Source of the DNA: Macrostomum lignano | Lineage: Eukaryota | Assembly (NCBI GenBank): GCA_002269645.1 | Contig: NIVC01000300.1 | Location: 1-64,000 of the forward strand | Length of the DNA stretch: 64,000 nucleotides | Reading direction: 5' to 3' | Shown here: piece after piece, positions 60,560-64,000 of the stretch | How positions within the stretch are numbered: position 1 is the stretch's first letter | How the letters are laid out: every line of letters begins with the position of its first letter | The notes under the pieces: model-generated | The model's input: the letters and a program-made list of their open reading frames with translations, nothing else | What the model was told of the DNA's origin: nothing | Database searches by the model: none | Program-made: the position numbers and the translations under genes

Positions 60560-61272
60560 TTGGGTGTCTTGGTGACCGCCTTTGTCTCTTGATGGACGCC
60601 ACTGTCTCTTGATGGGCTCCCCTGTCTTTCGGTGGACGCCACTGTCTCTTGATGGGCGACCCTGTATCTTAATGGACGACACTGTATCTTGATGGACGCC
60701 TGTCTCTTGATGGGCTCCCCTGTCTTTCGGTGGACGCCAATGTCTCTTGATGGACAACCCTGTCTTTTGACGAACGACCCTGTCTATTGATGGACGCCAC
60801 TGTCTCTTTATGAACGCCTCTGTCTCTCGACGGGCTCTCCTGTCTCTCGGTGGACGCCACTGTCTCTTGATGGGCGACCCTGTATCTTAATGGACGACAC
60901 TGTATCTTGATGGACGCCTGTCTCTTGATGGGCTCCCCTGTCTTTCGGTGGACGCCAATATCTCTTGATGGACAACACTGTCTTTTGACGAACGACTCGG
61001 TCTCCTTATGGACGCCACTGTCTCTTTATGGACAACCCTGTCTTTTGACGAACGACCCGGTCTCTTTATGGACGCCTCTGTCTCTCGATGGGCTCCCCTG
61101 TCTCTTGGTGGACGCCAATGTCTCTTTATGGATAACTCTGTCTCTTGATGAACGATCCTGTCTTTTAATGGACGACCCTGTGTCTCGATGGGCTCCCCTG
61201 TCTCTCGGTGGACGCCAATGTCTTGATGCAGCGCACCACTGTCTCTTGGATGGACGCCCGGCCTCTTGATGG
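60560..61272. repeat. Degenerate ~19-bp minisatellite with higher-order blocks
   Basis: CTGTCTCTTGATGGACGCC variants. Confidence 0.9.
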
Positions 61273-62157
61273 GTGTGATGCGGATCTCCCAGTTCAGTGC
61301 TGCCGCCAGGGTGAAGTCACCCTTCAGTAAGCGACATTTTAAACTTGGATTTCAGAGCCGCCGCAATTCCGTTCACTCTAAATTCCGAGCGCGAATTATC
61401 ATAACGCAAAATGTTGAACGCGCTGCTGGCTAATTTTGTTAGCCGAAAAGTCCCGCTGAAAGGCAACCAAAAACTGTCGAGCAAAGATCGACGCTGGGTT
61501 TCTGTCCCACGCCGCGTCATCAATAATTCACTTCGCCCGCCGGCCCCGCTGACAGCCGTGTCGGTGACGGCGAGGCAAAAACCGTCAACGACACGCGGAT
61601 TAAAATTGTTTTTTTTCCTGAAAAATGCGTGGGCTGGACGGAAGTTCGGCCGTGTGTGCCGGCCGATTTGGTTTCGAATAAAGAGCACCAAAATAAGAGC
61701 AAATTTTCAGACAAAATAAATATATAACGTCTGGAAAGGTTAATTAACAATTCAATGGACAGTTTATTGAATACAAAAACCCTGTAAGTGGTTAAATATT
61801 AAGGAACACATTCTCTCTGCCCTGTCTTGTAAAAGTTCACACTTTTTAATACTAAAAAAACAACCCCGATCTGCGCGAAAGTCAGAAAGGTCGCCAAATT
61901 GGCTACGAAAATTGGCCAGGGACCACCAGATACCTGGACTGGAAGAGAAACACTCGCACCCCAAAGTCTTGGTATTGGAAAGCATCCAGGAGACCGAAGG
62001 ATTTCAATTTGGTGCACAGCGGCTCTGAGTTTCTTGTTCAGTGGCCCCAAACTAAGAGTCTAGCGGTTTCGGATTCCAGTCCAGTGCTCCCGCAGTCCTT
62101 GCATCGATTCGCCTGCCCCACCCATCCAAATTTCTCGTGTCCCGGCCTTCAGAAGCC

Positions 62158-62743
62158 TCAGCTCCGCGGCATCGCTCTGAACTGCCGCAGGCGGCGCCGC
62201 ATTCTGCTAGCAGCGCGGCGCACCTTGGCGGCCGCGGCTAGCAGGTTGGGCGTCAGCTTCTTCAAGCCGGCCGCGGCTGAAGGGTGCGCGGCCGCCACCG
62301 AGCGGGCCTGGGCCGGGAGCCTGGCTGCTGCGCCCGCCGCTCGCAGCAGGGCGGCCAGGTAAGCGTCCAGAGGCTCCGAAGTGACCGAGTCCGACATGAC
62401 GAAGCTGGGCCTATCGGGCGGGATGGCCATCGCCGAGTAGGCCTTAGTCACCGCCAGGCGGATGGCGGCGAAGTCGCGCAGCCTGCGGTCCAGCCGGTCC
62501 AGCTGGGCGCCGCGGGCCCGGCCGAGCGCGGGCTGCAGGCTGGTGAAGGTCAGCCGGTGTGCGGCGAACAGCGCGCGGTGCAGCTTGCGGAGCTCGCGAA
62601 CGCCCAGCGTCAGGCGGCGGAGGGCACGATGGCGAAGCTCTGCTGGCGACGTGCCGGCAGCGGTCGGCGAGGCTGCCTGGCGGTCAGCCAGAGGCAGCAG
62701 AGCGGGCAGGCGGTCCCGGGCTCGGGACACTCGCCGATGCACC
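62158..62743 (-). CDS. Last exon of a probable GIT-family ArfGAP (C-terminal FAT-like paxillin-binding four-helix bundle)
   Basis: Phase-2 acceptor TCCAG at 62744 and 195 codons to a stop. IRLAVTKAYSAMAIPPDRP..EPLDAYLAALLRAAGAAARL..LKKLTPNLLAAAAKVRRAA resembles the GIT1 C-terminus (IHLAVTEMASLFPKRP..EPVRSSLRLLNASAYRL..LLTQQVIQCAYDIAKAA), recalled from memory. Minus-strand AATAAA at 61763-61768. Upstream exons were not found in the window. Confidence 0.55.
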
Positions 62744-62757
62744 CTGGATTGGATATA

Positions 62758-63015
62758 GTACATAGGCTAGTTAAAGTGCATAGGCTAGTTAAAGTACATA
62801 GGCAAGTTAAAGTACATAGGCTAGTTAAAGTACATAGGCTAGTTAAAGTACATAGGCTAGTTAAAGTACATAGGCTAGTTAAAGTACATAGGATAGTTAA
62901 AGTACATAGGATAGTTAAAGTACATAGGCTAGTTAAAGTACATAGGCTAGTTAAAGTACATAGGCTAGTTAAAGTACATAGGCTAGTTAAAGTACATCGG
63001 TTAGTTAAAGTGTGT
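62758..63015. repeat. 18-bp minisatellite abutting the acceptor of the 62158-62743 exon
   Basis: CATAGGCTAGTTAAAGTA, about 14 copies. Confidence 0.95.
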
Positions 63016-64000
63016 TAACATGGGGAAATTTCCCGAGCGGCTGGTTACTAGCTGACAATGTCCAACCCTGTTTCGAACTGCAAAGTAAGCAAGCATCGGC
63101 CGAGGTGCAGTCACGGGTTCTCAAACTGATGTTTTAAAAACCATCAAAAAAGAGACTGGCAAGAAATTCCAGTCAGGTGCTCGAAATGTTCAATTTCAAA
63201 TAGATATTGAATTCACTCTGAGAGACCCCAGACATGAAGGCGCTTCAGAATTCTACTGGCAAACTAACAAAGTTTTAGTAAAAAATTCGAATTTGCCTTT
63301 GAAGCAATTTGTTAGAAATGTTCCTAAAGGGAGGAATCACTGGCTCAAGCAGGAAAATCCTTCCAGTTCCGTAGCGGGATTAAAAGCACACAACTTTTTG
63401 ACAGTTCAGCTGCTTCTGCAGTGCTGTGTGTACCCATGCACACACAGCATGGGGATTGTCTGCAATTTGTCCCATTCTTTCCAGCCACAGGGAAACAATG
63501 GAGCTGCACAATGGCCGCTTGGGTTTCACGCTCGGATGGCAAACATCTCCAGAATCCATGCTGTCTCCATCTTCCCAGCGCTTCCAATTGCTGCTCCGTA
63601 AACTGAAACTGAGCGATGCTTTCTTCCACATTTTCCTGCGAGATGCTCAACAGGCACTGACCCACAAACTGAGCCAGTTCAGAGTCCCTGATCCCTGATC
63701 CCATCTTGTTCGACCAGTTGTATGTGGTATCCACCTAACCAGCGCCACCATGAGAGATCGAAGCGGAGATCCCATCCCACCGTAGATACCATCTTAAGGG
63801 ATGCCATCCAGCCAAATGTCATAATCCTTTAGGTCTATAGCCCCTCAGAGATTCGTTCTCATCAAAGACCCAATCCCAACAGAGATCTTATCTCATGAGA
63901 GATCCCATCACACCGCAGGTCCATTCCCGTCAGTCAGAGATCCCATCCAATCGGGAATCCCATTCTTTAAAGAATCTCCTGTCCCATGAGAGACTCCATC

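Noticed and set aside
62158-62743. Four-helix cytokine interpretation of the Ala/Arg-rich exon
   Set aside because: Residue-level resemblance to the GIT C-terminal FAT-like bundle is better, and no signal peptide is seen.
63293-63734. Overlapping ORFs on both strands near the window end
   Set aside because: No motif or consistent splice sites, so they could not be assigned as upstream GIT exons.

Overview
Eukaryotic, spliced, GC3-rich animal DNA. The high minisatellite load and gene content suggest a free-living flatworm such as Macrostomum (inference). No rRNA, tRNA gene or CRISPR array is supported. Contents: (1) 1-~4.9 kb, a decayed, internally deleted Polinton/Maverick with protein-primed PolB, a TBP-like ORF, a spliced orphan ORF, the C-terminal part of the major capsid protein and an adenain protease; (2) the last four exons of a galactocerebrosidase (GH59); (3) a complete 8-exon, 618-aa nicotinic acetylcholine receptor alpha subunit carrying the anion-selective Pro-Ala-Lys M2 signature; (4) a Mag-type Ty3/Gypsy element with one full LTR and one LTR cut to 9 bp; (5) a ~6.3-kb inverted-repeat-bounded element carrying a 238-bp satellite; (6) an 8-cysteine insulin-like peptide gene followed by a diverged B+A exon cassette with no recognisable signal exon of its own; (7) an 11-peptide SPRLamide neuropeptide precursor; (8) the last exon of a probable GIT-family ArfGAP. 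About one third of the window (~21 kb, hand estimate) is tandem repeat. Many unrelated arrays have near-constant total length (~380-465 bp), and several copy adjacent splice sites. Exon models were built by hand from GT/AG sites and phase checks. Family assignments rest on motif recognition, not database searches.
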